A DNA stretch of 64,000 bases, from the IMG/VR virus record IMGVR_UViG_3300020442_000005, positions 1-64,000 of that record; one strand, given 5' to 3'. The position numbers were made by a program, and so were the translations under genes. Numbering within the stretch: the first letter of the stretch is position 1; every line of letters starts with the position of its first letter. Of the stretch, positions 46,801-57,095 are shown one piece after another. The notes beneath the pieces were generated by a model, which saw nothing but the letters and a program-made list of their open reading frames with translations, did not search any database and was not told the DNA's origin.

Positions 46801-49800
46801 AAAACACCGTCGATACAAGATGCATCTGGAAACGAATCGATTAGAATTAATTCACAAAAAGTTGCGGTGGGTAATGCTATCAATGCAAATCCAAGTGCTA
46901 TATTTGAAGCTCCCCTAGCTGATAATACTCAGGCTGCAGCAACAAACGAAATTAGTAACTTTAACATCTTCCTAAACAACAGATCAGTACAAACAAATGC
47001 CTTTGCCGGAATAGGTTTCGATGTGTCGACAGAAGTCGACGCTGATTCTATTGGCGCTGCAATTAGAGCCGAAAGAGACACGTCGGCTAGTACCACGGCC
47101 GCAAATCACGCTACAAACTTGACATTTGCTACAAACCCAAATACCGGGGATGATGCTCTTACTGAAAGAATGCGTATTACTCATGATGGAAAGGTTGGTA
47201 TCGGTGTTGATCCAGGTTACGCTCTAGATGTTTTTGGTGACGTACGTATCCGTGGTAATGATTTAAGAGATAATAGTGGTGCAGTGTTTATCAGTGCAGA
47301 CGGCAGCGCAAACACAACCGTTTCGTTGGATCTTACTGTCGCCGGCGGTAATATTTTTGGACCACCCACCGGTGACTTAAACATTAAATCCGACGGAAAT
47401 CTTACTTTTGTCCTAGATAACGATAACAATGAAACGTCCCAAAGACTATTGGTTCAAAACACATCAAGCGACATATTTGAAGTAACTGAAGCGGGAGATG
47501 TTGTTGTTGGTAACGACTTATTCGTTTATGGCAACGATATAAAGGATTCCGGGGATCACACTGTGATCACATTCAACGGCCTAGGAGAGACGTCAATAGG
47601 TAACCTCACCATCACCGGTTCGAACTTGGTTGTTGGTCCAGATGCTGATGGCGCCGATCGATCTATTGTGTTTGGTCATTCTACACTAAAATCAATCATG
47701 GGTATTGACGACGATCAAGATGTGTTTGCCATTAATACTGATGCAACGTTCGAATCTGTAAATGATTTTGAGATAGACGCATCAGGTAACGTTACAATAG
47801 GTAATGGCGATCTTCAAATCGGCGGCGATGATATTAAGGATTCAGGTGGAAATATAGCAATATCCTTCGACGGATCTGGTGCCATAGACAACAACGCTTC
47901 TTTCAGCGGAATTGTTGAGTTTACACGTTCAGGGCCAGGTTCCAATCCTGCCTCTATTAAGTTGGCAAAAGGTATAGGTAGTACAGACGAAGCAACCACT
48001 TTAATAGCTGTAAATGGCGACTCTGGAAGAAATATTGAACTACTTCCCGCAGGCATTAACTTCTTGAAGTGTAAAAACCCATCTTCTAGTCAGAAAGAAA
48101 TTGTTATCAACGATGACAGCAGCGACATTGACTTCAGGGTTGAATCTAACGCCGAAACACACATGTTTTTTGTTGATGGCGGCACGGATAGAGTAGGTAT
48201 TGGTATAGACGGTCCAACGACTACGCTTGAGATTAAGGGAGCAAACGCTGACGAGACTGCAGTTCAGATTAAAGATTCTCAAAGCTCAGATACAATTATA
48301 AAACTACATCACGAAAACGGTGAAGACGACGGTGTACTCGATCTATACGTTAACGGGACTGCAAACACAAGATTGCATGGAAACGGTACATTGAGTGTTG
48401 CTTCTGGAAATCTAACGCTAGAAACTACTGGAACTGATTCTGATATTATTTTCAAAGTCGATGATAATACTACTGAGTTTACGGCGTTAACAATCGATGG
48501 ATCAGACCTCGGAAGTTTATTACATACTCCGTTGGATGGCGGCTCTTTGCAGGTAAACGACACCGGTACTGACGGTTTCTCCGAGGTTAATGGAAACGGT
48601 GGATTGAATCTATATAGATATTCAGACAGTGCTTCTTCGACAGCGACTGTTAATTTTTATAAGGCTCGTGGCAATGAATCATCACAATCAGCATTAAGCA
48701 CAGATGACACAATTGGATCGCTTACCTTCTTTGGTTACGATACCGCTGCATCTGCAGCTGCGCGTATACAAGTGAAAGCCGCGGATGCTCATGGATCTCT
48801 CGGTGATACAACAGACTCCCCAGGAAAGATATTATTCCAAACAGTTCCAAATGGTAGTAGCACACTAACAGACGCTCTATTAATTGGTTCTGACCAGTCA
48901 TCAACTATTTACGGTGATATATTTTTGCCACAGACAAGTACTATCGACACTACCGGTAACCTAACTATCGAAGCATCCGGAGACATCAAGTTTACGCATG
49001 ACGGTACTCAATTCATGCAGATTGAAGATTTCACCGGTGACGTTGCGATTGGATCACACGATCCGACCGTTAGGCTTGACGTTGAAGATACTACAACAGG
49101 CTACGTAGTTGAGTTTAATAACGGAAGTACATCTTCCGGATGCGATATGTTGCTGATGAAATTTACCGGTGTAGTGAATCCTGGAGGTACTATAATAAGA
49201 GCTATCGGCTCAGCCTCTGGCCAGGTATACGCAGTCAACGGCGACGGCGACGGTACCAGTACAGTGTCTACGACGTTTACCGGATTCCATGATACTGCAA
49301 CACTTTCCTCTGATGATCTAATACCTGGAATGATTGTTGAGTCGACTGGAATTCCTTGGGTTAAGGATCCGACAAATAACTACCATAATATGCTGCCATA
49401 TACTAGAATATGCGCATCAAACGGATCATCAACTGTTTTTGGTGTAACTGCAAAGGACAATGCGCTCGATATATATGACGAGAATGATGATAAAATACCT
49501 AATCCAAATTTGGGCGGACTAAGACCAGGATGCTTCCCAGCGCTTTCGACAAACAATCCAATGGCATCTAATCATGAACATCTGTCTGTTATGTCACTGG
49601 GCGAAGGTGCAATCTGGGTAACAAACATAGCTGGAAATATAACAAATGGGGATTTGATTGAATCGTCTGAGATCGCTGGTTACGGAAGATTGCAGCCTGA
49701 TGACATTATGAGATCTAAAACAGTTGCAAAGTGTACAGAAGCAATTGACTGGGATTCGGTCTCCGCAGTTATCGAACATAATGGCCAAACTTACAAAAAG

Positions 49801-49833
49801 TATTTGACATCCTGCACTTTCCATTGCGGTTAA
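43876..49833 (+). CDS. 1985-aa tail-fibre/adhesin-like protein with YadA-head-like repeats
   Basis: A.G.NAVAIG repeats (~45730-46040), repeated VSG..FGGD.V.SG.L modules, C-terminal GEGAIWV..GDLIESS..GYG..Q..TVAK..FHCG domain. Confidence 0.8.
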   Translation: MSKDFRIKQLRTTQVIVSGSAVGTTPSLLIYSASAATNLDGGVHADLLTSVGKDVWMFVSGAKNDSDQAQTLHSDKILFGGDVVISGTLYAEKQVLEVDYSQKSDLFLSGAIVFGDQGAAGQDAGQARLLESVGNNSGSLFISTGSLYLGLKSSGNYAETELTPKVYVAANGLGEQVATATNTSFNLDINNLTGSLTQATIASGDLFAVADINAVNNESKKITLANVALKLAGTGLEATDGVVAVDLNDSGAGTINLTNDSIVFIDADDSNATKKQTISAVATAQAGDGIQATNGVFAVDVSDFAGDGLSDDGSENLKVDLNSLATSAAINQADSIAFIDSDNVTKKGTIDSLVTAIAGSGLSNTSSQLALTSNEVTVTAGDGLKGGGGVSLGGSVTINVEPNDFAGTGLEDDGSDNLRIAASAAGDGLSGGGGSALAVSTGTGLKIVGDNVATDDSVVAHLTGSVFTGVVQFDNTVNVAADIAHAGGDTDTKITFNTDRVTVTAGNVNAIDVIEDGSNSEVVINETGDATMDFRVETDNLQKAIYTNAEMDYVTIGDDVGVKQDMHLFVSGTIGGVGTEGVAVFGGDVVVSGSLLDGSHNPIKLLSYNENGTFTTPPNATGTNAVAIGNNAVASGNNSIAMGTSTTNQTDATGIHSLAIGGDDATASGQYASAIGGYQNTSSGNYSVTMGRGNTASESDAIAIGKSLTVNTADTIAIGNSSDNASIQLKGNVAVEGTSTLEGDVTLGNTADLIIPTFIKHKSDLNTYIQYNTDRIRLVTNGATDVDITTNQILLTPGADGTPTESAGLDVAFYVSGSVATQGTTVRATSLFGGDVHVSGSLSGPDSFTFGNDNTRIFRDGNNLKFDDGNNTVKTLSELATVPGEGAFINGVHGGSNNSKAATSASFAIAGTQGASFYTENIGSDVLLYVSGGLRSDTAAYGKTAAVFGGAVVFSGSATYLGETSFNVIEATTAIKTPSIQDASGNESIRINSQKVAVGNAINANPSAIFEAPLADNTQAAATNEISNFNIFLNNRSVQTNAFAGIGFDVSTEVDADSIGAAIRAERDTSASTTAANHATNLTFATNPNTGDDALTERMRITHDGKVGIGVDPGYALDVFGDVRIRGNDLRDNSGAVFISADGSANTTVSLDLTVAGGNIFGPPTGDLNIKSDGNLTFVLDNDNNETSQRLLVQNTSSDIFEVTEAGDVVVGNDLFVYGNDIKDSGDHTVITFNGLGETSIGNLTITGSNLVVGPDADGADRSIVFGHSTLKSIMGIDDDQDVFAINTDATFESVNDFEIDASGNVTIGNGDLQIGGDDIKDSGGNIAISFDGSGAIDNNASFSGIVEFTRSGPGSNPASIKLAKGIGSTDEATTLIAVNGDSGRNIELLPAGINFLKCKNPSSSQKEIVINDDSSDIDFRVESNAETHMFFVDGGTDRVGIGIDGPTTTLEIKGANADETAVQIKDSQSSDTIIKLHHENGEDDGVLDLYVNGTANTRLHGNGTLSVASGNLTLETTGTDSDIIFKVDDNTTEFTALTIDGSDLGSLLHTPLDGGSLQVNDTGTDGFSEVNGNGGLNLYRYSDSASSTATVNFYKARGNESSQSALSTDDTIGSLTFFGYDTAASAAARIQVKAADAHGSLGDTTDSPGKILFQTVPNGSSTLTDALLIGSDQSSTIYGDIFLPQTSTIDTTGNLTIEASGDIKFTHDGTQFMQIEDFTGDVAIGSHDPTVRLDVEDTTTGYVVEFNNGSTSSGCDMLLMKFTGVVNPGGTIIRAIGSASGQVYAVNGDGDGTSTVSTTFTGFHDTATLSSDDLIPGMIVESTGIPWVKDPTNNYHNMLPYTRICASNGSSTVFGVTAKDNALDIYDENDDKIPNPNLGGLRPGCFPALSTNNPMASNHEHLSVMSLGEGAIWVTNIAGNITNGDLIESSEIAGYGRLQPDDIMRSKTVAKCTEAIDWDSVSAVIEHNGQTYKKYLTSCTFHCG

Positions 49834-49912
49834 TTAAATTTTATACATCCCTGTTTTATTGATACAATATGGTATGAATTACTTGTTACAGTAAAACAGG
49901 AGTATAAATAAC

Positions 49913-51841
49913 ATGTTCAATACAAGCGTTTTCGAAGAAAAGCAAAAAGAAATCATAGTGCCGGCAGATTGCAACGTAGTGTTTGTGTCTGACGCTTTTG
50001 CAGAGGATTACGTTGGAGGCGCAGAACTCACAACTAAAGCAATCATAGACTCAGCTCCAGAGCACGTTAAGGTTTTTAAAATCCACTCATCTAACGTTAC
50101 AGAAAAAACAATTGAGACAGGCTATCAAAAATATTGGATTTTCGGTAATTATGCTGGACTGAATCCTAACCTTATTCCAGCTTTTGTAAGAAATTGCAAA
50201 TATTCCATTATAGAATATGATTACAAATTTTGCAAATACCGATCGATAGAGAAGCATAAAAACGAAACTGGAAGTGAATGTGATTGCAACGACTCTCCTC
50301 ATGGGAAAATAGTATCAGCATTTAAGCACGGCGCCAAAACAGTATACTGGATGTCAGAAAAGCAATTTAGGCGATACGAAGAAAGATTCCCATTCTTGGG
50401 TGACCCCGCCGAAGGTTCTAGACAGATTATTTTATCTTCTGTTTTTTCAGACCATACATTTGCTGCGCTAGCAGAATTAAGAAGAAAAGCTAGTAACAAT
50501 GGTAAGTACATAGTTTTAGGATCTGACTCTTGGATTAAAGGTAAAGAGGCTTCAATAGAGTACTGTAAAAATAATAATTTAGATTATGAAGTGCTATGGA
50601 ACATACCATATGCCGAGTTTTTGCAAAAGCTTTCAGAATCTGCCGGCTTAGTCTATATGCCTCTCGGTGGAGATACATGTCCCAGAATGGTCCTAGAAGC
50701 TCAGTTAATGGGTAAACAAACAATCGTTAACGAAAACGTACAACATGCATCAGAGTTTCCTTTTACGGGCGGAACAGATGAGGAAATATGGGACTACATG
50801 ACGGGAAGATCTCAACATTTCTGGGTCAACACTATTGATGACATGGATCTGTTCCCTCGTATCTCTGGCTATACAACTACATACAATTGCGAATCGCAGG
50901 GCTATCCATTCGTAAAGTCAATTAAGTCAATGTTACCGTTTTGTGCTGAGATTGTAGTGATGGACGGCGGATCCGATGATGGTACTTGGGAAACATTGCT
51001 TAAACTGGCGGAAGAGAACAAAAAAATCAATGTTTACCAGCATGTTGTTGACTGGAATAAACCAAGATCTGCAGTTGAAGACGGACTTCAAAAAGCAAGG
51101 GCTCGAGCACAGTGTACCCAAAAGTACTGCTGGCAACAGGATGTTGATGAAATCGTACATGAAGATCATTATGCCATGATTTTGAAATTAGCACCACAGT
51201 TTCCGGCATTTGTCGATTTAATATCTTTGCCGGTTGTCGAATATTGGGGAGACAAAGGTAAAGTCCGAATGGATGTTAACCCATGGAAGTGGCGTTTTTC
51301 ACGAAATAAGCCAAATATTACACATGGTATACCTAAGCATCTAAGACGACAAGACGATAATGGTGAACTTTACGCAGAGCAAGGAACGGATGGGTGCGAC
51401 TACATCGACGCTAATACGTATGAGCCTATTCAACATGCATCTTTTTACACGCCTGAGATGCATCAATTACGCTTAAGCGCATTTGATGGTGACTTAGAAG
51501 CCAAGAAAAATTACGAAGCTTTGTTTAATAACATGGTTAAAAAAGTCCCAGGTGTGTTTCATTATTCCTGGTTTGATCTAGAACGAAAGATAAAGACATA
51601 TAGAGGTTTTTGGCAAAGACACTGGGAAAGTCTATACAATGTCAAGCGTGAAGATACGGCAGAAAACAACATGTTTTTTGATAAACCGTGGAATGAAGTA
51701 ACTGATGAAGATATATCAAATCTAGCTACAAAAATGGAAAAAGAAATGGGCGGATGGATTTTTCATAAAAAAATCGATTTTAATTCTCCTACACCCCATC
51801 TTAATTTAGACGTGGCACATCCAGAGATAATGAATGACTGA
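49913..51841 (+). CDS. Bifunctional glycosyltransferase (GT-B-like N-half plus GT2 C-half)
   Basis: PRMVLEAQLMG; TTTYN..VMDGGSDDGT..QDVDE. Confidence 0.8.
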   Translation: MFNTSVFEEKQKEIIVPADCNVVFVSDAFAEDYVGGAELTTKAIIDSAPEHVKVFKIHSSNVTEKTIETGYQKYWIFGNYAGLNPNLIPAFVRNCKYSIIEYDYKFCKYRSIEKHKNETGSECDCNDSPHGKIVSAFKHGAKTVYWMSEKQFRRYEERFPFLGDPAEGSRQIILSSVFSDHTFAALAELRRKASNNGKYIVLGSDSWIKGKEASIEYCKNNNLDYEVLWNIPYAEFLQKLSESAGLVYMPLGGDTCPRMVLEAQLMGKQTIVNENVQHASEFPFTGGTDEEIWDYMTGRSQHFWVNTIDDMDLFPRISGYTTTYNCESQGYPFVKSIKSMLPFCAEIVVMDGGSDDGTWETLLKLAEENKKINVYQHVVDWNKPRSAVEDGLQKARARAQCTQKYCWQQDVDEIVHEDHYAMILKLAPQFPAFVDLISLPVVEYWGDKGKVRMDVNPWKWRFSRNKPNITHGIPKHLRRQDDNGELYAEQGTDGCDYIDANTYEPIQHASFYTPEMHQLRLSAFDGDLEAKKNYEALFNNMVKKVPGVFHYSWFDLERKIKTYRGFWQRHWESLYNVKREDTAENNMFFDKPWNEVTDEDISNLATKMEKEMGGWIFHKKIDFNSPTPHLNLDVAHPEIMND

Positions 51842-52568
51842 TAAACAGCTTAAAGTTTTAGTAACAATATGCAACTATAATCACAGTAAATATTTAGAAC
51901 AATCAATAAAATCTATTCAAGATCAGACATATCAAAACCTTGATATTTGCGTTGTTGATGATGGATCTAAAGACATTGATAAAGTAACAGAGCTAATAAA
52001 CCGGCTTCAAAAAAATGATAAAAGAATTCGATTTATAGATCTCGAGAAAAATTATGGTAAGTGGCATGCGCTCAACGAAGCAATAAGAACGACCGATGCG
52101 CATGTTTGTACTGCCCATGATGCTGACGATGTTTCATTGGTAGATAGAATACATTTGCAGTTGATGACAATGCTCACTTCAAAAACTCAGCACAACTTAT
52201 GTGGGTTTCACCACTGTTGGAATGAAGAGGACGTAAATTCAAGACTTCATGATCGTATCGATGCGTCAAAAGTAAAAATGATTCCACCAGCCGATGTACA
52301 AAAGCTCGTAACTGGTGGTTACAATCACCCTAGTATTAACCATTATTTTACCGGTGATTTTGAGACAGCAGGAGTTTCAGCCATGTTCTACAAACGTATT
52401 TGGGATTATGGGCTAAGATTTAACCCTCCTGGCATGGGATTACGCACTCTTCTTTCTGAGGATTCTGACTTTAATTTTCGTTGTACAGCAGTCACAAACA
52501 CGTCGGTACTTTTAGAAAAGCCGTATCTTTATCGACGAAATACTAGTACAAATCAAGAACTCAGATAA
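51834..52568 (+). CDS. GT2 glycosyltransferase
   Basis: CNYNH..SI..QTY..VVDDGS, HDADD, EDSDF. Confidence 0.92.
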   Translation: MTDKQLKVLVTICNYNHSKYLEQSIKSIQDQTYQNLDICVVDDGSKDIDKVTELINRLQKNDKRIRFIDLEKNYGKWHALNEAIRTTDAHVCTAHDADDVSLVDRIHLQLMTMLTSKTQHNLCGFHHCWNEEDVNSRLHDRIDASKVKMIPPADVQKLVTGGYNHPSINHYFTGDFETAGVSAMFYKRIWDYGLRFNPPGMGLRTLLSEDSDFNFRCTAVTNTSVLLEKPYLYRRNTSTNQELR

Positions 52569-52577
52569 TAGGTAGAC

Positions 52578-53480
52578 ATGTTTTACTCTGACAGAGCTAA
52601 TGTTAACAACCAGTATCTGACAAATGTTTTCTGCGTTGCGAAGACTCATGGCCTTAATTTGCCAGTCTATCAAATTAATTTTTGTAACAAAAACAAATAC
52701 AAGGGTTTAGGTGACATAAAATGTGACGCCTTTGTTCTGATGATATGTGGCAACGAAAATCATGAATCAGTCGAACACTATTTATCTGATTCTAGAGTTA
52801 AAATGATAGTAAAAAATTATCCTAGAATGTTAAACATCACAGACGGGAATGAAACCGGTCAAACGTATGAAACGTTTTTAGATCAAAACGGACGTGAAAA
52901 ATTTATTGTTGAAAAAGAAAGTGATAATATTATTACGATACCACTTGGCTATTGTAACGATTTTAATCCAGTTCCAACATTTAATCACCGGGAGCCTGGT
53001 GGTTTTATTGGGCAGTGGACTCAGTTTCGAAATGATAAGATTAAAGCTATTGACAAAGCTTTCGATGACAGTCCGTATGATTGGGTGTTTTATAGGGGGT
53101 TTGGACCATTTGTTCAATCTGACGTCGATAGCGATAATAAAAAAATTAGCTATAGCTTAAAGCCTAAAATATATTCAAATTTTATGTCAAGGATAGAATC
53201 AGCTTTTGTATTTTCTGGCCAAAGCCCAGAGACTTATAGGCTTTTTGAAGCGGCCATGGCCGGATGTATTATAGTTCATGATATACTTCCGGATACCTGG
53301 TATTATAATGATTTACCGTACGTACCATGTGATTTTGACAATTTTAAATCGGTGTACGATTATATAGAAACCCATAAGCATGACTTAAAATCATTAACTG
53401 GGATATGGTGGCAAAATTTTGCTAGCCCGGTTGCGGTAGGAAATAAAATAGCACAATTTGCAAAGAGCGTAGGTGTTTAA
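52578..53480 (+). CDS. Exostosin-like/GT-B glycosyltransferase-like protein
   Basis: SGQSPETYRLFEAAMAGCI. Confidence 0.6.
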   Translation: MFYSDRANVNNQYLTNVFCVAKTHGLNLPVYQINFCNKNKYKGLGDIKCDAFVLMICGNENHESVEHYLSDSRVKMIVKNYPRMLNITDGNETGQTYETFLDQNGREKFIVEKESDNIITIPLGYCNDFNPVPTFNHREPGGFIGQWTQFRNDKIKAIDKAFDDSPYDWVFYRGFGPFVQSDVDSDNKKISYSLKPKIYSNFMSRIESAFVFSGQSPETYRLFEAAMAGCIIVHDILPDTWYYNDLPYVPCDFDNFKSVYDYIETHKHDLKSLTGIWWQNFASPVAVGNKIAQFAKSVGV

Positions 53481-54200
53481 ATGAAAATACTATATAAATA
53501 TCCAACTAGAGATCGACCTCTAAAGTTTTCAAAATGTATTAACGAATATTACAGGTTGATGGATCGCACATCAGATTTTAATTTTATCGTTACAGTCGAT
53601 GAAGACGACAAAAAAATGAACGATGAAAACGTTATTGATTTCATGAATCAGATTCCTAAATGCAAACATGTCTTTGGGAATAGCTCAACGAAAATCGAGG
53701 CAATTAATGCTGATATTCCAAACGACGACTGGGACATACTGGTCTTAATAAGTGATGATATGATCCCGGAAGTCCCCGGCTTCGATGACATTATTAGGCA
53801 GAAAATGATAAAACATTTTCCAGATACGGACGGTGTGCTTTGGTTCTTTGATGGTTGGCGTAGAGACTTAAATACACTTTGCATACTCGGCCGAAAATAC
53901 TATGATCGATTTGGCTACATATATCATCCAGACTATAAGAGCTTTTGGTGTGATGCTGAATTCACAGAAGTAGCAACAGCGTTGGATAAGCAAGTGTTTA
54001 TAGATCAGGTCATCATTAGGCATTTACATCCGGATATAGTAATGCAAGACAAAGAAACGTACGAAAAGTTTGCATCTTTTTTGCCCGAGTACACGTCTCA
54101 AGGCTCATGTGGTCATGACAGTTTATGGCAAAAAAACGGAAAACTAGATTCCGATGATCATAAAACATACATAGAAAGAAAAAACAATGGATTTAAATAA
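53481..54200 (+). CDS. GT-A fold glycosyltransferase
   Basis: PTRDRP, KIEAIN, ISDDMIP (DD), FWCDAEFT. Confidence 0.75.
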   Translation: MKILYKYPTRDRPLKFSKCINEYYRLMDRTSDFNFIVTVDEDDKKMNDENVIDFMNQIPKCKHVFGNSSTKIEAINADIPNDDWDILVLISDDMIPEVPGFDDIIRQKMIKHFPDTDGVLWFFDGWRRDLNTLCILGRKYYDRFGYIYHPDYKSFWCDAEFTEVATALDKQVFIDQVIIRHLHPDIVMQDKETYEKFASFLPEYTSQGSCGHDSLWQKNGKLDSDDHKTYIERKNNGFK

Positions 54201-54889
54201 TGTCATACGTAGATTCACAGAAAAAAATATGTTTCACCCACATTGCAAAAAACGGCGGTAGGTCTGTAAGTAATTATTTGCTCGAGCTGTGTGGCCCTTC
54301 CGACCATTTTATTGATCAACGCCATCGCGGATGGTGGTTCCAAGGTTCAGGCCATTCGACATATCACTTGGCAAAAAACAATTATGATGAAAACAAAACT
54401 TGGTTTGCTTTTGCACATATAAGAAACCCCATAGATAGAGTATATTCGGCATGGAAAGGTTATGAAATGTATGGCCACGTAATTACATTTCCTAGGTTTT
54501 TAGATTACATTGAAAATTTAAAAGAGAATTCTCCACTTTGGAATGAAAAGGAGTGGGCCCACAACCCACATGATATTCGCGATATGCCAGAAATATATGC
54601 AGATCCGGTCGCTGTTAATGCACACATTGCACCTCAGTGTTTTTATTTTGATAAATCAGACAACATAAAGCTTTATTCTTTTAATAATTTGTTTGGTTTT
54701 GTTGATGATTTACCGGATCAAGAATGGAGACGAGCTGCAAAAACAACCACCAAGCCGCATGTCAAGGACCACGATTATGAGAAACCTACTCATGAAGAAA
54801 GTATAGTAGATCAAATAAAAAGAATTTACGCCAAAGATTTCGAGATATACGAGGAGATTGAAACCAATGAAAAAGCTAATATGTTATAG
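54200..54889 (+). CDS. Sulfotransferase family 2 protein
   Basis: FTHIAKNGGRSV (5'-PSB), IRNPIDRVYSAW (3'-PB). Confidence 0.85.
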   Translation: MSYVDSQKKICFTHIAKNGGRSVSNYLLELCGPSDHFIDQRHRGWWFQGSGHSTYHLAKNNYDENKTWFAFAHIRNPIDRVYSAWKGYEMYGHVITFPRFLDYIENLKENSPLWNEKEWAHNPHDIRDMPEIYADPVAVNAHIAPQCFYFDKSDNIKLYSFNNLFGFVDDLPDQEWRRAAKTTTKPHVKDHDYEKPTHEESIVDQIKRIYAKDFEIYEEIETNEKANML

Positions 54890-55541
54890 TCTCTGGGGAA
54901 AGGACCCAAAATACACAATAGGCGCAATCAGAAACGCAGAGCAAATCAAAAAAATATATCCAGGCTGGATTGCTAGGTTTTACTGTGGAACATCAGTACC
55001 AGATGATATAACATCTCAACTTCTCGATTTAGGTACCGAAGTAACCCTTATGCCAGAAGAAGGCAACTGGTCTGGAATGTTTTGGCGTTTTGCTGCTATA
55101 GCTGAGCCTGACGTTGAAGTAATGTTGTCACGCGATACAGACTCCAGGTTAACCAACAGAGAAGCTTTAGCAGTGAATCAATGGTTACAGTCAGACAAAC
55201 TGTTTCATGTCATGAGAGATCATCCTGAACATAATACTGAAATACTAGGCGGTATGTGGGGAGCAAAAAAACCTATACTGCAAGACATGATACAGCTTAT
55301 GAATTCCTATGAGAAAGGCGACTTTTGGCAAGTTGACCAAAACTTTCTAAGACAAGTCATTTGGCCCCGGGTAGCATATACAACCTTTACTCACGATCCG
55401 TTTTTTGCAAAAATTCCATTTCCCAGTCCGAGAAACGGATTAGAATTTGTTGGCCAAGTATGGAACGAAAACGAAGAAACAGTGGTAGAACATCAGCAGC
55501 TCTTAAAAGCCGCAATCGAGAGACAAAACAATGAAGTATAA
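54867..55541 (+). CDS. Putative glycosyltransferase-like protein (SLWG..KY..GA..N family)
   Basis: MFWRF, RDTDSR (DxD), MRDHP.H, ILGGMWG. Confidence 0.65.
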   Translation: MKKLICYSLWGKDPKYTIGAIRNAEQIKKIYPGWIARFYCGTSVPDDITSQLLDLGTEVTLMPEEGNWSGMFWRFAAIAEPDVEVMLSRDTDSRLTNREALAVNQWLQSDKLFHVMRDHPEHNTEILGGMWGAKKPILQDMIQLMNSYEKGDFWQVDQNFLRQVIWPRVAYTTFTHDPFFAKIPFPSPRNGLEFVGQVWNENEETVVEHQQLLKAAIERQNNEV

Positions 55542-56229
55542 ACAGACAAGTCAGTACGGTGAATGTAAAATCTTGCATGCGTTATTTTCAGGCAATCCTG
55601 CGGGGTACTTTATAGACATCGGCGCTGCTGACGGTATTAGATATTCGAATACGCTCAACTTGATCGATAGTGGCTGGAGTGGAATATTAGTTGAACCTTG
55701 CAAGCATTTTTTATCTACGTTAAACAAGAACAACTCAGATAATCCAAACGTGCACGTATTTGCAGGAGCAGTTTCAGACTACAATGGAGAATCAAACTTC
55801 TATGTTTGGAAAGAAAAAGGGGATTCTCAAATTTCCACTATTGAAGATGAACAATATGAAAGCATACGGAATGACGAGTGGTGGAAATCACAGGGTTCAT
55901 TTACTGATCAGTATCTAGTTGATGTTATTAGACCATCAGAATTACTTGAAAAATTTAATTGCCCAAAGAAAATAGAATTTGTTGATATCGATGCTGAGGC
56001 TTCTGAAATGAAAATATTAAATAATTGGCCATGGGATGATTATGCAGTTGAGTTATTTTGCATTGAGTTTTCTATGGGCAAAGATTTTATAACAAAGTTT
56101 ATGAAAGAGAAAAATTATGTTCCGATAGTACAAACCGGTGGAAATTTACTTTTTTGCAAAAAACAGCAGTATTCAGAATTTTTAGCAAGGTTAGAAGCAA
56201 ATTTGGCTGAGATGATGGTGAAATCGTGA
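55531..56229 (+). CDS. FkbM-family methyltransferase
   Basis: FIDIGAADG..SNT, VEP, DIDAE..E. Confidence 0.88.
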   Translation: MKYKQTSQYGECKILHALFSGNPAGYFIDIGAADGIRYSNTLNLIDSGWSGILVEPCKHFLSTLNKNNSDNPNVHVFAGAVSDYNGESNFYVWKEKGDSQISTIEDEQYESIRNDEWWKSQGSFTDQYLVDVIRPSELLEKFNCPKKIEFVDIDAEASEMKILNNWPWDDYAVELFCIEFSMGKDFITKFMKEKNYVPIVQTGGNLLFCKKQQYSEFLARLEANLAEMMVKS

Positions 56230-57086
56230 AAATATTAATCATTCAAGAAAACGGTAGAAACGACGCTAATAGGCACATGCGCGAATGCCATTCGCTGGCA
56301 TATTGGTTCGAACAGCTTGGCGCAGAAACAGCTTGTTGGGGCAAAGGTCATGACACGTTTCATATTCCATTTGAGCAATTTCAAAAGGATTACGATGTTA
56401 TATTTTGTCTTGAAAATTATGATGATGGATGGCTTCCAGATCTATCTAGCATAAAAAAATATAAAGTGTTTTGGTCGATCGACAGTCACATGGAACTGCA
56501 AAATCATTTAAAATTCTGTCAAAAATCTGGAATCAATTTGCATTTAAATGCTCAACTGCCGTATATCGAGCATTTTAAAGATTTTGCCGAGCATCACATG
56601 TGGTGGCCAACCGCTGTCGACACGCGCTGGTTCAAGCCGATGGATCTTTCGAAAGACATCGAAATAGGTTTTGTCGGTTCAATGATCGCCGATCGACCGC
56701 AAATAACAAAATTGTTGCATCAGTGTGTTGGTCTTCAAAGTTTTACAAACGTGCTAGGCCAAGAAATGGTAGATCTTACAAATCGATTTAAGATTGGTTT
56801 TAACAAAACAATATCAAACGACATCAACATGAGAACAGTCGAAACAACAGCATGTAATGTACCGCTAATTACAAACGTTACTCCAGGGTTAGAAAAAATG
56901 TACAATTTCGATAGTGACATTATGATATATAGGTCACTAAAAGAAATGATTGGAGTCTGTCAGTGGTTGACTTCTGATCATGCTGCGAGACAACAAATTG
57001 CTCAAAACGGGTATAAGCGTACATTAAGGGACCATACTTATAAAAATAGATGCCAACAAGTCTATGAGCATATAAAATCGATTTGA
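56226..57086 (+). CDS. CgeB/YkvP-like glycosyltransferase
   Basis: IGFVGS, KIGFN, INMRTVETTAC. Confidence 0.8.
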   Translation: MKILIIQENGRNDANRHMRECHSLAYWFEQLGAETACWGKGHDTFHIPFEQFQKDYDVIFCLENYDDGWLPDLSSIKKYKVFWSIDSHMELQNHLKFCQKSGINLHLNAQLPYIEHFKDFAEHHMWWPTAVDTRWFKPMDLSKDIEIGFVGSMIADRPQITKLLHQCVGLQSFTNVLGQEMVDLTNRFKIGFNKTISNDINMRTVETTACNVPLITNVTPGLEKMYNFDSDIMIYRSLKEMIGVCQWLTSDHAARQQIAQNGYKRTLRDHTYKNRCQQVYEHIKSI

Positions 57087-57095
57087 GAGAGACAC